Notes under the pieces: generated by a model
The model's database searches: none
The model's input: the letters and a program-made list of their open reading frames with translations, nothing else
Told to the model about the DNA's origin: nothing
Made by a program: the position numbers and the translations under genes
Source: Anthoceros angustus
Taxonomy: Eukaryota; Plantae; Anthocerotophyta
Direction of reading: 5' to 3'
Length of the DNA: 64,000 nucleotides
Assembly: GCA_010909165.1 (NCBI GenBank)
Contig: MU008199.1
Span: 328,248-392,247 of the forward strand
Shown: positions 61,600 through 64,000 of the stretch, piece after piece
Layout: each line of letters opens with the position of its first letter
Numbering within the stretch: position 1 is the first letter of the stretch

Positions 61600-62590
61600 A
61601 GCCCATGAATCAGTAACGAATGCAGCACAACATCCTGTGTATTGAATGGAGCTTTCACGGCATCACATGCTGCACACTTGGCCACTGTATTCTCAACATC
61701 CTTGAACATACCTGACCAAAAGTAAGCACTCTTCAACATATGGTGTGTCCTCTTGACACCAAAATGTCCTAAGGTCTCATGTACCTTGAGTACAATTACA
61801 CTTCTGTCTGCTGGTGGTGGTACCTCCTTCTGTACTTCACCATTTTGCACCATAAGCTTGTCGTCCTGCCAATTGTATTTGGCAACTCGTCGTTGCAACT
61901 TGGACAGCTGAGACGGCAACATCCGACCATCTACCTTGCCATGCTGCAGAAATTGAATGGCTTTTTCCTGCTTCTAGATATCTTTGCTGGATTCTCCCAA
62001 CACAACATGCTCAGACTCCTAATATTCCTGAGCCATAAGAGCGACAAACATACTGGGCATCTCTCGGACTTGGTCATGGCATGCTTCAGTCACGTCCGTA
62101 TCATCATGTATTAGATTTCTGCTTAAACCGTTTGCATTCAAATGAATTTTTCCTGCCCTATGCACAATCTCTATGTCATATTCTGACAGTAGCAAAGCCC
62201 ACCTTGCTAGTTTCCGGCTGAGTTTCATGTTTGTCATGAGCCAGTGTAGGGGCTGGTGATCTGTCATCAATTGAAACCGTCTTCCAAACAGATACACACG
62301 AAAATGCAACGTTGCCCAAACTACAGCCAGGCACTCACCCTCGTAGGACAAATAATTGGCCTCTGCTAAATTGTTGGACCTACTCGCATATGCCACAACA
62401 TGCTCCTCTCCTTGTTCTGTCACTTGAGAAAGCACGGCTCCAATCCCCGCAATGCTCAATCTGTGTGTAAGACAAATGGTCTCTCAAAATCTGGTCGAGC
62501 CTTTCTGCGAGCTGACCTTTCAGCTCCAGCCATGCTGCTTCATGCTCCAACTCCCACTGCCAAGCCATGCCTGTGAAGGCATTGATGCAA
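61600..62590 (-). mobile_element. Remnant of a second, unrelated Ty3/gypsy pol (RNase H plus integrase Zn finger)
   Basis: GIGAVLSQ..VVAYASRSNN.AE.NY..YEGECLAVVWA..TDHQPL..LARWALLLSEYD, and HETLGHFGVKRT..YFWSGM..VAKCAACD. Confidence 0.88.
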
Positions 62591-64000
62591 GTAGCTCGAG
62601 ATTGGAAGAATGCAAGAAGTGCCCGATGTATCAAACATGCGAAAACGGTGAGGAAATTGCACGCACTGCTGAATGACGTAGAGATGATAGACGATCCGGA
62701 CTTGATGCCTTTCCAAGACAGGCGCAGGGAACAATTCCTGGAAGAGAATTCCACCCTAAAACGCACCCGAGTAAGCCTATCACGGAAGGTCACAGCGATT
62801 GAGAGCCCTATGGTTGATGAGGCAGAGGAAAATGTGCAAGCATGTGGTAATGAAATATTCCATTGTCCCTCCATTTCCAGCCCTAGCTGGTCCTCCTCGT
62901 TACATCATTTCTGTTTACTTCCAAGATTTGCAGGATTGGCGTAGTAGGCTTGACACACAGGTGAAGACATACCGCCAGATAAGACACAACTGCCGCGACA
63001 ACAAATTGTCTTGCAAGATCTGCCTTGGACTGTGCTGCGCACTTGAACCGTGGTCATGCATTTGTCTTAAGGAACTCGGGGATCTTTGGAATAATCTCAA
63101 CTCCGAGGTGACCATTGTCCATTCGTTGTAATTGATATATTATCCCGTTGTAAAAACGACCATTGTAAACACCAAGTCTTATTTGTAAAAACACGCTTCG
63201 TTGTAAAAGCATGCATTGTAAAGCATCCCCAGTTGTAATTTTTTGTTCCGTAGTAAAACACCCCCCAGTTGTAATTTCTCGCTCCATAGTAAAACAATAT
63301 CTCACCGTTGTAGCAGATGACATTATAAAGCACTAACTCCTGGCATAATTTCTCGTTCTCGTTCCCTCCGCATAGGAGATTGTGATCTTCACATCACTAT
63401 TAAAACTTCCTAATTTAAAGTCCTTCCCAATAAAGAAGATAGTCAATACCATTTCAAGACTTTCCAAATTCCAACTTCATGTCCAAATAAAGAAGCGATC
63501 ATGTCTTTAAAAAAATTAAGAGAATTATGAATACTTCAATCCAGGTTGATCAGACAAATGAAAGAACTTTAAATCCTTCAATCTAAGTTGATAACCCAAC
63601 CCTATCTTTGGCAAGTTGCTCTCTCATGTCGGATGAGCTCACTTTTCCTGTACCATCTTTTGCCACTAAATCTACCACCTCGACCTGCAACATAGCAATA
63701 GAATCTTACTAAAAATTAAATAATAGTTATAAAATGAAAATATTATTATTATTTCGTATAAACAATACCATGAACCCGCATTGAACTAACCTTCAATTGA
63801 GCCAATCCTTTTTCTGCCCTCTTCCTATTTACGGCTAAACCTCCACCAAGAGTCTCCTTACTTCAGTAAGATATATGATACAACCACTCTCAATGTAAAA
63901 AATGTGATTGGATAACTAAATAAACAAAAGAGTAACCAAGAATCTGATCCATACAAACTTAATAATTAAAAAGTGACTAACCAAATAAATAATAACTAAC

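Overview
Eukaryotic nuclear DNA from an early-diverging land plant, most likely a hornwort such as Anthoceros. This is inferred from DYW:KP/'GRP'-type PPR genes, short GT-AG introns and compact gene spacing. (1) 2.5-14.7 kb: three paralogous PLS-class PPR-E-DYW genes of the HAEK/KP type, candidate U-to-C organellar editing factors with C-termini GEP, GRP and GHP. Each carries an N-terminal OSB-type 'PDF' single-stranded-DNA-binding motif, and PPR debris lies between them. (2) 15.8-31.6 kb: a gene-dense block with inositol monophosphatase (VTC4-like), intronless AMT1, intronless APC7, a CRTAC1-like FG-GAP/ASPIC-UnbV gene with a plastid-type transit peptide, and a Tat-signal DUF6816-like gene. 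(3) 31.7-47.8 kb: a CACTA transposase remnant, two inverted ATL-type RING genes, decayed copies of the CRTAC1-like gene and a 1-kb 9-mer satellite. (4) 47.8-61.4 kb: a complete 13.5-kb Athila-like Ty3/gypsy element with CCACC TSD and tRNA-Asp PBS. Its ~3.8-kb LTRs each contain a ~2.4-kb protein-coding-like frame. An older gypsy remnant follows. Multicopy sequences are full of 1-2 bp indels while single-copy genes are clean, so many frameshifts may be long-read consensus errors. All family assignments are from motif recall; no searches were run.
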